Assembly (NCBI RefSeq): GCF_018389705.1
Contig: NZ_CP065581.1
Span: 30,001 to 62,000 of the forward strand
Reading direction: 5' to 3'
Length of the DNA stretch: 32,000 bases
Source of the DNA: Mycoplasma mycoides subsp. capri
GTDB taxonomy: Bacteria > Bacillota_I > Bacilli_A > Mycoplasmatales > Mycoplasmataceae
Shown: in pieces, positions 8,683-20,772 of the stretch
Layout of the letters: each line of letters opens with the position of its first letter
How positions within the stretch are numbered: the stretch's first letter is position 1
Notes under the pieces: model-generated
Databases searched by the model: none
Told to the model about the DNA's origin: nothing
What the model saw: only the letters and a program-made list of their open reading frames with translations
Made by a program: the position numbers and the translations under genes

Positions 8683-11600
8683 GTAATCAAGAGCAATAAT
8701 TCTATTAATTGATCAATAAGAATTGTTTTTATTTTTTAATAATTTAACTTCAAATTTAGTTCCTAGTTGTTTTGATCTAGTTGTATTTGAAGTTTTTAAT
8801 CTTATTAATTGATAATTAATTTCTTTTTCACTACTATTTAAGATTTTAGTTGATCAAGCATTTTTATCATAATATTTAGTTGCAATTTGATCTTCTTGTT
8901 TTTTAAGTTCTTTATCTTTTTTATCTAGTACAAAATTAAAGACATTTAAAATAGAAACTGCATCTTTTTTATTTTCAATTGATAATTCATAGTTTGGATC
9001 ACTTGATGATAATCCACCAAACAAAGTACCAAATACATAACCTAATGAATCTTTAATATAAGAAGTTTTATCAGGGTTTATTCCAAATAATATATGTAAA
9101 GGAGAATAAGATAAATCGTTTTTTAAATTAGTTCTATTAACAGTATAAGCAATATTTGAACCATTAGTATAAAAATGAATTTTATCTCAATTATAATATG
9201 ATTCTTTTGGTCTATGATTTAAGGCATCTTTTGATACATCACTACTATTATCATGAGTATCAAATCCATAAGCTAATGCTTTTAAAATAGTTTTTCTATT
9301 ATCTTGATCTGAAAGTTTATTGTACATAAAATCATACTTTTGTAACTCTTTTTTATATTCAACACCAACTTTTGTTGTTAAAGCAGTAAGAATTTTTCCA
9401 ATACTTGATATGTTTAATCCAATCGATCTGTTAGGATATTTAGTTAAATAATCATTAAAGTATTTAGCTAAAATTTCTAAAAGTTGAACTACAGTTCTAT
9501 TATTTAAACTTTCTATTTTGAATTGTTTTAATAATAGTTCTGGAAGTGTGATTTTTAGATCTCTTATTTTTGATATGTTTTCAAAATCTTGTATTTTTTT
9601 AGCAAAAGATTGAATTTTAGAATTTCATTTTTCTTTTATTGCTTTTAAATTTTCAAGGTTTTGATTTTTTATTACTAGTCTAATTATAGATAGTAGTGGG
9701 TTGTTATTATCATCAGTTTTTTGAAGTAAAAAATTAATTCATTTATAAACAAAGTCTAGTATTACATTACCATTATATAAACTTTCTGATAAGTTAAATT
9801 TCAATTCAGTTGAACTATTATAAATTTTTAAATGCTCTTGTAAATTATTTAAGTATTTTGAAAATTCTTCTTTTATCTTTTCTTCTTTTTGTATAAATTT
9901 ATTTTTTACAAGAGTTTGATTTACAGATCTAATTTTATTTAATAAAGGATTAATTTTATCTTTTGCAAATGTCTGTAAAATTCATTTTAACGCACTACTT
10001 TTATAAGGCATTTCTAATATGTCATAAACTTTTTCTATATTTAATAACACAACAGAAAAAGGACCAAAGACCTTAACACTTATTAAATTTTTATTCTCTA
10101 AAATATTTTTAAAACTATTAATAACTTCAGATATGTTTTTTACTATAATAGACAAATCTAAATTAATATCATTTGATAAAAAGAAAATTTCTTTTCAGTA
10201 TTTTGAAATATTTAAAGACAAACTATTTAGTGAAATTTGTACATTTTTAATAGTGTTTAAAATAGTTTTTAAAATTCCATTTTCACCAAATAATTCAATT
10301 TTTGCTGTAATACTTGCTAATCTTCATCATTGTCAACCAGCTGATATTTCTAGTGTGTTATTTTTAACTTTAACTTCTCATTCACCTAGTGGTTTACCTA
10401 GTTCATTAACTTTTGTTTTAACAATATTTATTATTTTTTGTTCAATTGTTTTTTTAAGAGATTCATCACTTAATGAATGTTCTATGAATTTTACTAATAT
10501 ATCTAATGAATTTGAAATTGTATTTAGTTTACTTTCAATTCAATTGATTAAATCAAAAATTAAATTACCAGTACCAATATTTGAAAGTATAGAATTTGAA
10601 TCATTAAAAATCTTATTCTTATCAAAACGTCTAAAAATAAAGTCATAAAACCTATTAAAACTATTTTTATCTTTTAAAACTTTTAAAACACCATTTATTA
10701 AAATACTTAAATCTAGTTTGTTTTTAGTTAGTGCTAAAAAATGATTATTGTCTAATTTTTGATCTAATAAAACACTAGGATCTTTTATTTCTTCATGAAC
10801 TGTATAATATAAACCAAAAAAGATTTCAGAATATAAATAAGTTGCTATATAAGGCATAGTTTTATCAATTAATTGCAGTGCTTTTTGTTTTAGTTGTTTT
10901 ATATTATTTGAATCAAAAATAAATTTAATTTTTTCTAAAAGTTTGTCTAAGTTTTTAAGATCTAATTGGCTAGTTGCTAGATCACTTAAAATTTCACTTA
11001 AAGAATCCAAACCTAAATCTGTTAAAACATAATCTAAAGCTTCAGGTATTTTATCTGCTTCTATTTCTTTACTAAATTCTTTTTTATTAGAAATAACAGC
11101 TGCTATTTGATTAATATTTTTAATTAATGCTTGTTGTACAGTTAAATTATTATAATGATCTTTTTCTAGTTGTTTTGGAGTTAAAATTTTTCCTAAATAA
11201 CTAAATAAATCTTTATTATTTTCAATTAGATCAGCAAATTTAGTTAATCCATTTTTATAGTTTATAAAATTAGGATCATCTCTATTATTTATAACTGTAT
11301 TTTGTATAAAAGATAATCCTAAAGAAGCTAAAGAGGGTGCAAAACCGTTTAAAAATTTTTCAAGAGATTTGCTTATACTAAATAAAAAATCAATGTTTTG
11401 TGGAGTAATTTCTCCTTTTGAATTTTCTATATTCTTATATTCATTATTATTTTTATATTGTATTTGTAAATTTTTATCTAATACATTAGTAGATGAACCA
11501 AAATAAGTGTTTCAAAGATCAGAAACAGTATCAGTTGAAGTTGTTTTAGTATTATTAGGTCGTCAAATAAAATCGTTACTAAACTCATCTAATAAAGATT

Positions 11601-11832
11601 TTTTTCCGATCTTTTGATTAAGATAATCTTCATTAAGATTTTCTGTTTCTTTTAAGATTCTAGATTGAACTGCATATGAGCTAGCTTGAACGTAGTTTTG
11701 AACTTTGTTAACTATTTTTTGTTTGTTTGAATCAACATAGCTTTTTGCAAAAATTCCAAAACTACTTAAAAAGATAGCAAAAACAGAAATTATAGCTACT
11801 CATCACTTATTATTTTTAATAAACTTTAACAT
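8671..11832 (-). CDS. Large membrane-anchored hypothetical protein, paralogue A (1053 aa)
   Basis: The 3162-nt code-4 ORF is in frame with track ORF 10540-11010. The ATG at 11830-11832 is preceded by AAAGGTGA. The N-terminal anchor is KWWVAIISVFAIFLSSFGIFA, with no lipobox Cys. The rest looks Lys/Asn/Leu-rich and helical. I verified several stretches codon by codon, but not the whole ORF. Confidence 0.7.
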
Positions 11833-11942
11833 TTGGTTCACCTTTAATTAATTACAACCAACAAACACAAATAAATAGAATTTATCTATTGACATTACTA
11901 CTATGTTTAATATAACACAATTTTAATTTTTTAAAAGTTTAT

Positions 11943-11966
11943 AAAAAAACAGCTTTAAGCTGTTTT
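11943..11966 (-). terminator. Intrinsic terminator with the stop codon in its loop, copy for paralogue B
   Basis: The hairpin is identical to the paralogue A copy: AACAGCT-TTA-AGCTGTT at 11948-11964, with an adjacent A/T-run. Confidence 0.6.
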
Positions 11967-14900
11967 GTAATCAAGAGCAATAATTTTATTAATTGTTCAA
12001 TAAGAATTATTTTTATTTTTTAATAGTTTAACTTCAAATTTAGTTCCTAATTGTTTTGATTTAGTTGTATTTGAAGTTTTTAATCTTTTTAACTGATAAT
12101 TAATCTCATTTTCATTACTATTTAAGATTTTAGTTGATCAAGCACTTTTATCATAATATTGAGTTGCAATTTGATCTTCTTGGTTTTTAAGTTGCTTATC
12201 TTTTTTATCTAAAACATAATTAAAGACATTTAAAATTGAAGTTGCATCAGTTTTATTTTCAATTGAAAGATTATAATTTGGATCACTTGCTGATAATCCA
12301 CCAAATAAAGTACCAAATACATACCCTAATGAATCTTTAATATAAGAAGTTTTATCAACATCAATACCTAATAAAATATGTAAAGGAGAATATGATTGAT
12401 CTTCTTTTAAATTAGTTCTATTAATAGTAAATGGTTTATCTGAACCATTAATATAAAAATCAATTTTATCTCAATTATAATAAGATTCACTAGGTCTAAT
12501 ATTACTAATATTAACTATATTATCACTATAATTATCATGAGTATCAAATCCATAAGCTAGTGCTTTTAAAAGAGTTTTTGATTTATCTTTTAATGGATCT
12601 TTATCATATAAAAAGTTTTTATTTTTATTTTTAGTATTATATTCAACACTAACTTTTATTGTTAAAGCAGTTAATATTTTTCCAATACTTGATATGTTTA
12701 ATCCAATTACTTTATTAGAATTTATAGATAAATAATCATTAAAGTATGTTGTTAAAGTTTGTATAAGTTGATAGATTGTTTGAGTGTTTAAGCTTTCTAA
12801 TCCAAATTGTTTTAAGAAATCTTCAGGTAAATTAATTTTGATATTTTTAATTTTTGTGATGTTTTCAAAGTCTTTAATTTTATTTGCAAGTTCAGATATT
12901 TTAGTAGTTCACTTATTTTTAGTTTGTTCTAGTTTTTCAAGTTTTTCATCTTTAAAAATAGCTCTTAAAATAGGTAATATTGAGTTGTCTTCTTTATTAA
13001 TGTCTTTTGTTAAAAACTCAATTCATTTTAAAGCAAAATCAGAAATTATATTTCCTTCATAAAGACTATTTAATAAGTTGAAATCAGTGATTTCTATTTC
13101 TTCATATTTTTTAATATATTTAGATAGATTTTCTAAATATTGTGGGAATTGCTTTTTTAGTTTTGTTGGATCAGTTATGAAATTATATGTTTTTAAAGAT
13201 TCTAAAAAAGTTTTAAACTTTTCTACTGCTGGTTTTATATCATTTTCAGCCCTTTTATAAACTAGTCCATTTAAAAATTCTTTATTATAAGGAAGAGTTA
13301 AAAAATCATATATAGTTTTTATTTCTACATCTGGTTTTCCAAAAGGTCATAGGGTTGTTAGAGTTTGAGCAATTGTTATATGTATATTCTTATTATCTTT
13401 TAGTAAAGCATCTATATCATTTATTAATTTTTGTAATAAAGACACTGATAGTTTATCTGAGCTTTTTAAATAAAATGTATTTTTTATATATTTAAAAAAT
13501 CAGTCAGATAAATAATCTACGAAGTTATTTAATGATTTTAAAATATTAATTACTTGACTCAATAATCCTGTTTGTCCAAATAAATTAGCTTTTAAATATA
13601 AAGGGGTTCTGATTCCTAAAAAACTAAGAGATATTTCAATTGATTCAGATTTGAATTCAACTTTTCATGTCCCACTATCAATTTTTGGTAATTTTTCTTT
13701 TATGAAACTAACTATTTTTTCTTGTATAGTTTTTATAATATTAGAATCATTTAAAGCTATTTCAGCAAATCTAATTAATATGTTTAATCCATTTGAAAAA
13801 CCATTTAGTTTGTCTTCTAATCAATTTAGTAAGTCATAAATTAAATTACCAGTTCCTTTATTTGAACTTATATTATTTAAATTATTAAAAATTTTATTTT
13901 CATCAAATCTTTTAAAAATAAAATTATAAAATCTTTCAAATCCTTTTTTATCCTTTAATATTACTTCTATTCCATTTAATAAAATACCTAAGTCTAATTT
14001 ATTATTAGTTAAAGCTAAAAATTTATTACTATCAACTTTTTGAACTAACAATTCATTAGGGTCTTTAATATGTTGGTTAGCTGCATAATACAAACCAAAA
14101 AAGATTTCAGAATATAAATAGGTTGCTAAGTGTGGTGTAATTCTATCTAATAGTTCTAAAGCTTTTGTTTTTAAATTCTCAAAGTTTTTTAACGTGAATA
14201 TGTTTTTAATTTTATTAAAAGTCTGTGTTAAATTTGTAGAACCATTTTGACTATTAATTAATTCACCAATAATTTCACTTAAAGAATCTAGACCAAGTTC
14301 TGTTAGAAATTTGTCTAAAGCTTCAGGTATTTTATCTTCTTTTACTTCTTTACTAAATTGATGATCATTTGAAATAGCAGCTGCTATTTGATTAATATTT
14401 TTAATTAAAGCTTGTTGCACAGTTAAATTATTATAATAATCTTTTTCTAGTTGTTTTGGAGTTAAAATTTTTCCTAAATAACTAAATAAATTTTTATTGT
14501 TTTCAATTACATCAGCAAACTTATTTAATCCATCTTTATAGTTTTTAAAGTTAGGTTTTTCTCTATTATTTAAAACTGTATTTTGTATAAAAGACAATCC
14601 TAAAGAAGCTAAAGAGGGTGCAAAACCATTTAAAAATTTTTCAAGAGATTTGCTTATACTAAATAAAAAGTCAATATTTTGAGGAGTAATTTCTCCTTTT
14701 GAATTTTCTATATTTTTATATTCATTATTATTTTTATATTGTATTTGTAAATTTTTATCTAATACATTATTAGGTGAACCAAAATAAGTATTTCAAAGAT
14801 CAGAAATAGTATCAATTGAAGTTGTTTTAGTATTATTAGGTCGTCAAATAAAATCATTATTAAACTCATCTGATAAAGATTTTTTTCCGATCTTTTGATT

Positions 14901-15113
14901 AAGATAATCTTCATTAAGATTTTCTGTTTCTTTTAAGATTCTAGATTGAACTGCATATGAGCTAGCTTGGACATAATTTTGAACTTTGTTAACTATTTTT
15001 TGTTTGCTTGAATCAACATAGCTTTTTGCAAAAATTCCAAAACTACTTAAAAAGATGGCAAAAACAGAAATTATAGCTACTCATCACTTATTATTTTTAA
15101 TAAACTTTAACAT
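11955..15113 (-). CDS. Large membrane-anchored hypothetical protein, paralogue B (1052 aa)
   Basis: The 3159-nt code-4 ORF is in frame with track ORF 13821-14597. Its N-terminus (MLKFIKNNKWWVAIISVFAIFLSSFGIFAKSYVDS) and C-terminus (...ALDYKTA) are the same as in paralogue A. Confidence 0.7.
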
Positions 15114-15198
15114 TTTGATTTACCTATTAAATTGAATAAAAAATTTATAGTTGTAATATTAAATCACATTTTATTATTATATTATATTATTATGGTTC

Positions 15199-15220
15199 AC
15201 TATGCTCAATATGGCATAGT
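15199..15220. promoter_or_regulatory. Inverted repeat in the divergent control region between paralogue B and the permease
   Basis: The arms are ACTATGC and GCATAGT (7 bp each) separated by 8 nt. TTTTGACT follows immediately. Confidence 0.3.
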
Positions 15221-15259
15221 TTTTGACTTTTAATAATTAACAATAGAAAAGAAGTTGTC

Positions 15260-18200
15260 ATGAAGAATTTATATCTAATGTTAAAACAAGGGGTTAAATG
15301 AATTTTAAAATTTAAACTTCAATTAGTTGTAATTGTAGTTTTGACTTTCATTGCTTCAAGTATTTTAACAATTTCTTTTACTACTAATAAAAGATTAAGC
15401 TCAGCTTATGATCAAGTTGTTAATAACCAAAAATCGCCAAAATTTGACTCAACATATCAAATAACAGTTGGAAGTAAAGCCAAACCTGAAAAAGGAGATC
15501 CTTTATTTATTCCTATATTTGATTTTGTAGATAAGCAATATACTGGTTTTAAAGATGAAGGTTATGATAATTTTAATTTAGCTTTTAATGATATATACAA
15601 AAACAAAGACCTTTTAATAATAACAACAAGTTCACAAGAATTTAAAGATGCTTGAGCAAAGAAAAAAGAGGTTTTTGAGTACAAAGAAAATCTTGATGAT
15701 ATAAAACAATTATCTAAAGAACAAGAACAATTTGACTTTGCTATAAATGATGCATTTTTTAATACAATGGCTGAATTATTATCTAAGAATGATCCAGCTA
15801 TTAAAAATACTGTAATTGGAAGATACACTTTATCTAATCCAGATTGATATAAACATTTTTATAATAAAGAAAAAAATATTAAAAGTAACTGATCAGAATT
15901 TATTAAAGATAAACAAAGAATTGAAAATTTAAAAAAATCTAATCCAGATGATTTAAAAACTTATTTTTATTCATATTATGCATTTGAGTCACTTTCTCAA
16001 TATTTCTTTAAAACAATTCAAACATTTTTACAAAATAAAGATAGTGAATTAGCTCAACAATCAAATATTAATAAAGACAATATTCATAAATATTTTTATG
16101 AATTCTTATTTGGTAAATATTTTGATAATAACAAAGCTTCATATAAAGAAGAGTACATTGCAAATAATAATAATCTTTATACTTTAACTTTTGATTCAAC
16201 AGTTTCAAGCAATGAATTTAACAAAATGAATTTTTTAATAAGTTCAGAAAATAAAGAACAAAATTCACAAGATCAAAACTTTTTTAATGAGTTAGTTAGA
16301 AAAGGATTTAAAGGAATTTTAAGACCACTTCAAATCACTTATCAAAATTTTGGTGATCAAGTTGATATAAAAAACGTTGTTCAATATAGTGAAACTCAAG
16401 AACTAAGAGGTTTTGTTTCAAATTCAAATATTTATTCTCAGAATGTAAAAGAACTACCTGAAATATTTAAAAATAATAGTTTTGTAGATATATTAGCTAT
16501 GAATGCTGATCCGTTTGCAAACATTGGTGAAAAATCTGTTAATTTTTATACTAGTAAAACAAATGATCTTGAAACAACAGTTGCTTCAGATTTTCCAATC
16601 ACAGCTGCATTTTTAACTCATCATAAACTGACTGCTTTAGCTAATGGTTATGATTTATACATTAGACCTGAAACTATATTTAATGACCCAATTACTAAAA
16701 AAACATTTAGAATTGTTGATATTACTAATAAAGACTTTACTAATTACATAATTTTAGATGGACAAACTCCAAGTAGTGCTAGTGAAATAACAATAAGTAA
16801 ACAATTTGCAAAAGCTAATAAAATTCAAATTGGTGATCGTTTAACTTTAGGTAATGCTAAAGGATTAATTGTTACAGGTTATGCTGTTGATACATATTCA
16901 TTTTTTCCAACTTCAGATCCAAATGTTCCTTTACCAAAATCTGATTCTGGTGGTTTAATATATGCTGACTTTGCAACTATTAATCAAATTTTAGGTGATG
17001 GAAATTCAGCAACAGGAAATGATCAAACTTCAACATTTAATTTCTTTTTAATTAAAAAAAATAATTCTTTAAATATTAAAAATGTCTTTTTTGATCATTT
17101 TTCAGTAGCAAATAGAATCAGAGATAATATTTTAGCTAAACAAAAAGGAACTGAAATTCAAACATTTTATCAAGAACATGAATTTAGTAACTCTTGATAT
17201 TCTTTAAACTGAACTTTATATCAAAAAATTGCATTTTGATATTCATTAGCTACATTTCTAACGGCTAGTTTAATCGCTCTTGTTTCAGCATTAGCTGTAT
17301 TTGTTGGAGTTATTAAATCAATTCAAGCAAACTCTAAACAAATCGGTATTTTAAAAGCAAATGGAGCTTCAAGTGCAACTATTTCATGATCATATGTTTC
17401 ATATGCTGTGATTTTAGTTTTTATAGCAATACCTTTAGGTTGAATGGCTGGAACAATGTTACAAGTTCCATTTGTTGCTATTTTTAAAGATTATTTTAGT
17501 TTTAAGACAAATGTATTAATTTATGATTGATTAGCTCCTTTAATATCTATTATTATTTTTGGAGTTTTAATTGGAGTATTTTCATTTTTAGTTGCTTTAT
17601 TTCATATTAAAAAACCAGTTCTAGATATTATAAAAAGTTCTAAGAAATGATCTAAACCAAAAATTACAGATTGATTACATAAACGTATTTTTAAAAAACC
17701 TAGATTTGCTACTTTATTAATGTTAAAACTAACTGAATCTGGTAAAAAACCATTTAGTTTGTTATTAGTATTAGTGTTTGTTGGAACTTTATTTGTTTCA
17801 GCTGGTGTAGCTATTCCTAGTGTTACTAAATATGCTAAAGATAATTACTTTAAAAAAGTTAATTATGATAATCAGTATGAAATTTATAATAGTTTATCAA
17901 ATAGTCCATTAGGAAAAGATGTATTTAATTTTTGAAATGGTCATGAACAAATTGATAATACTTATAAAGAAATTAAAGATCCTAGTGGAACTATTAATTA
18001 TTATGAAAATCCAAATAGTTATACTTTATCAAATCAAAACTCTTCAGTTCTACCTCAACTAATTTATAAAATTAATACTAATAAAGACAATGATTCTAAT
18101 AATGCTGAAATCCTTACTCCATATAAATCAATTATTAAAGAATATTTAAAAACTGGAGTTTCTAATTTATATAAAAACTTATTAGATTGAGCTTCATATC

Positions 18201-20647
18201 AAATTAGTATTTCTAATGGTAAAAGTATTTCAATTGGTACAATAGAACAACTTTATGCTTATATTTTAAATGATGCTGATTTAAACGAACGTTTTAAAAA
18301 TGACATAGATAAAGTTAAAGAAACTAATAATGTTACTCAACCTTTAACTCAGTTTGTTGGAGAACTTTTAAAGACTATTTTTAAAGATAAAGTGCAAACT
18401 ACAGGTGAATGAAAAGAAAAAATTTTAAATTTAATTTTAGGTTATTCTCCTTCATTTATTAAATCTTATTTAACAAGTGAATCTAGAAGAAGTCAATTTT
18501 CTTTTGGTTGACAAAAACAAACTATAATTCCACAAAAAGATCAATTAGCAACTATTTTTAAACCTAAATCAAATAATGTTGAAACTAATTATAGTATTTT
18601 AGGATTAGATAAAAATCAACAAACTTATAAGTTAAGTGATAAACAAAAAAATCAGTTATTTTTATCAAATAATCAAGTTCAAAAACTTTATCAAATTATT
18701 AATAATCCTTATGATAAAAATCAAAACAATGATATTTATTTAAATAATATTAAAGTTTATGATCACAAAACAAATACTTTAACTATTCCAACCATTGTTA
18801 ATAAAAACTTAAATTATAAATTAAATAAATTTGGTGATAATATCATTTCAAATTTATCTGCAAACAATATTCAATTATCATATAAAACAAGAAATAATGA
18901 TTTTAATGTTTTACCAAAACAAGCTTGAATATATGATGATTCAGATTATTTAAAAACTGAATATGTAAATAAACATACTAAATGAGAAGATCAACCAATT
19001 CAAATTATTAATAATAAAAACAACAGTTCTTCTTATGGATATGAAGTGGTTGAAAATGATAATGAAAAATACTACTATTTAAATCCTTATAATTTAGATG
19101 TTAATAAATTTACTCAAAGACAAGTTATAGATATTTGATCTAATAATTCAAATAATTCTTTAGTTGCAAAACAACATGAAAATATTGTTGATGAGTCTCC
19201 TTTATTTGGTGATTTTGTAGTTAATAATAATGGACAAATTACAAAATCATTTATAAGACCATATTATCAATTAAGAAACTTATTATTATTTGTTCCAATA
19301 ACTAATCAAGTTAGTTGAGAAGACTTTGCTTTATATGCAAGTGGATGAAGTGAAAGCGCAGAACACGGATTAGATATTAAAAGAGTTATTAGTGATTTAG
19401 ATAAAACTGATGATCATACAAGAAACTATAAATATCCAGCTATTAAAAAACTAAATGCTAGTTTAGTTCCACAATCAGTTAAAAATGGTTGACAATCAGT
19501 AATTAAAGATCTTAAATCTGATACAGCTTATTTAGCTATTAGACCTTATGATTTTTCTATTCAACAAGAAAAATGAGCAAATAATCATTATGAGTATTTT
19601 ATTTTAGATAATAATACTAAAAAAATTCTTGGAGTTAATCCACCTTCAGCTGATAAATCTATTCCAAATATTTTATTAAATTCAGTTCCTCATTTTTATA
19701 GAAGAGCTGTTGGAAAAAGAAAAAGTATTCCAGCAATTTTAAAACTACAAGATAAAAATGTTAGTTATGTAAATAAAGATTTAAAAATCAAATTACAAAA
19801 AGTTGATGATATTGATATTTATGGAAAAGCTTATGCTTTAGTTGATTCTGATTTAGCTAATATGTTGTATGGATTTGATATTAGTAGATCAACTAATTAT
19901 GACTATCGCCCATTTGATACTTCTAAAATTATTAAAAAAGGTGAGTTATTTAATACTTATAAAACTACAAATTGATTAAAAGTAAATAATAAGGATCCTT
20001 GAAAACAAGCGTTTATTAATCAAAAAGACACGTTTAGTTATTCACCACATTATTATTACAATACTATATTTTCAAATTCTAGTGAGCCTTTAATTATTAC
20101 TAGTTCAGTTTCATTAATTTCAGAACAAAGATTAGGAATTGCAATTTTAGATCTAATGAATCTAAGTGATTATAAAGCAGGTATAGTTGATGTTGATTTT
20201 ACTTTTGAAACTAAACAACTATTAAATCAAATAGCTAAAACTGCTATTTATATAGCAATAATTATAATTACAGCCATTATGTTATGTGCTTCATTATTAA
20301 TCATGCTAATAACTGATATTTATATTTCTCAATATAAATCATTTATGATAATGTTAAGATCAATGGGTTATACAAATACTCAAGTAATGTTTTACACACT
20401 TGGAATAGCTACTATATTTAGTTTATTAATTTCATTTATTACAACAATAATTGTCTTTAGTAGTACTTCAATAATTGATAAAGTCTTTTCAGCAAATGGC
20501 TTTTCAATTCCAATTAATGTATATTGAGTATCAGTAGTATTTTGTATTTTACTAATTTTAGTATCATTCTTTACTTCTTTATGAGTTTCAACAAAAAGAG
20601 TAAGAAATGCTGAACCAAGTACAATGCTAAGCGAAGTTGATGAATAA
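15260..20647 (+). CDS. Giant ABC transporter permease with two FtsX/MacB-type membrane modules (1795 aa)
   Basis: Track ORFs 15341-15655, 16226-17197, 17720-17935 and 20156-20527 all share the frame of the ATG at 15260. The stop is TAA at 20645-20647. The layout is TM1 (LQLVVIVVLTFIASSIL), a large loop, an FtsX-like cluster near 17220-17620, then TM (LLLVLVFVGTLFVSAGVAI), a ~780-aa loop and a second FtsX-like cluster at 20230-20600. A MacB-like segment is ITISKQFAKANKIQIGDRLTL. Confidence 0.8.
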
Positions 20648-20656
20648 TAAAAGATT

Positions 20657-20686
20657 AAACCAAATACATTGTGTTTGGTTTTTTAT
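20657..20686 (+). terminator. Intrinsic terminator after the permease
   Basis: The hairpin AACCAAATAC-ATT-GTGTTTGGTT is followed by a T-run. Confidence 0.7.
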
Positions 20687-20692
20687 TTACTA

Positions 20693-20722
20693 TTGAAAAA
20701 AAAAAAAAAAAAATAATATAAT
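20693..20722 (+). promoter_or_regulatory. Promoter whose -35/-10 spacer is a poly(A) tract
   Basis: TTGAAA (20693-20698) and TATAAT (20717-20722) are separated by 18 nt. An uninterrupted run of 18 A spans 20696-20713. AGGAG lies before the ATG at 20773. Confidence 0.6.
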
Positions 20723-20772
20723 TTGCATACTATAAAAAATGTTTTTCAAATAAGTAATCAGGAGTAAATTTA

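Noticed and set aside
11889-11916. Plus-strand TTGACA-N16-TATAAC promoter-like element between the paralogues, which would drive antisense transcription into paralogue B
   Set aside because: The -10 is imperfect and such matches are frequent in DNA this AT-rich. The same region also holds the minus-strand promoter (TGTTATATT) and the RBS of paralogue A. There is no downstream plus-strand feature to transcribe. It would only be worth revisiting with strand-specific RNA-seq.
10133-13839. Plus-strand standard-code ORFs 10133-10648, 12784-13062, 13078-13260 and 13651-13839
   Set aside because: They lie antisense to the long code-4 reading frames of the two paralogues. They encode low-complexity F/I/L/S-rich peptides typical of shadow ORFs in AT-rich DNA, and they have no RBS.
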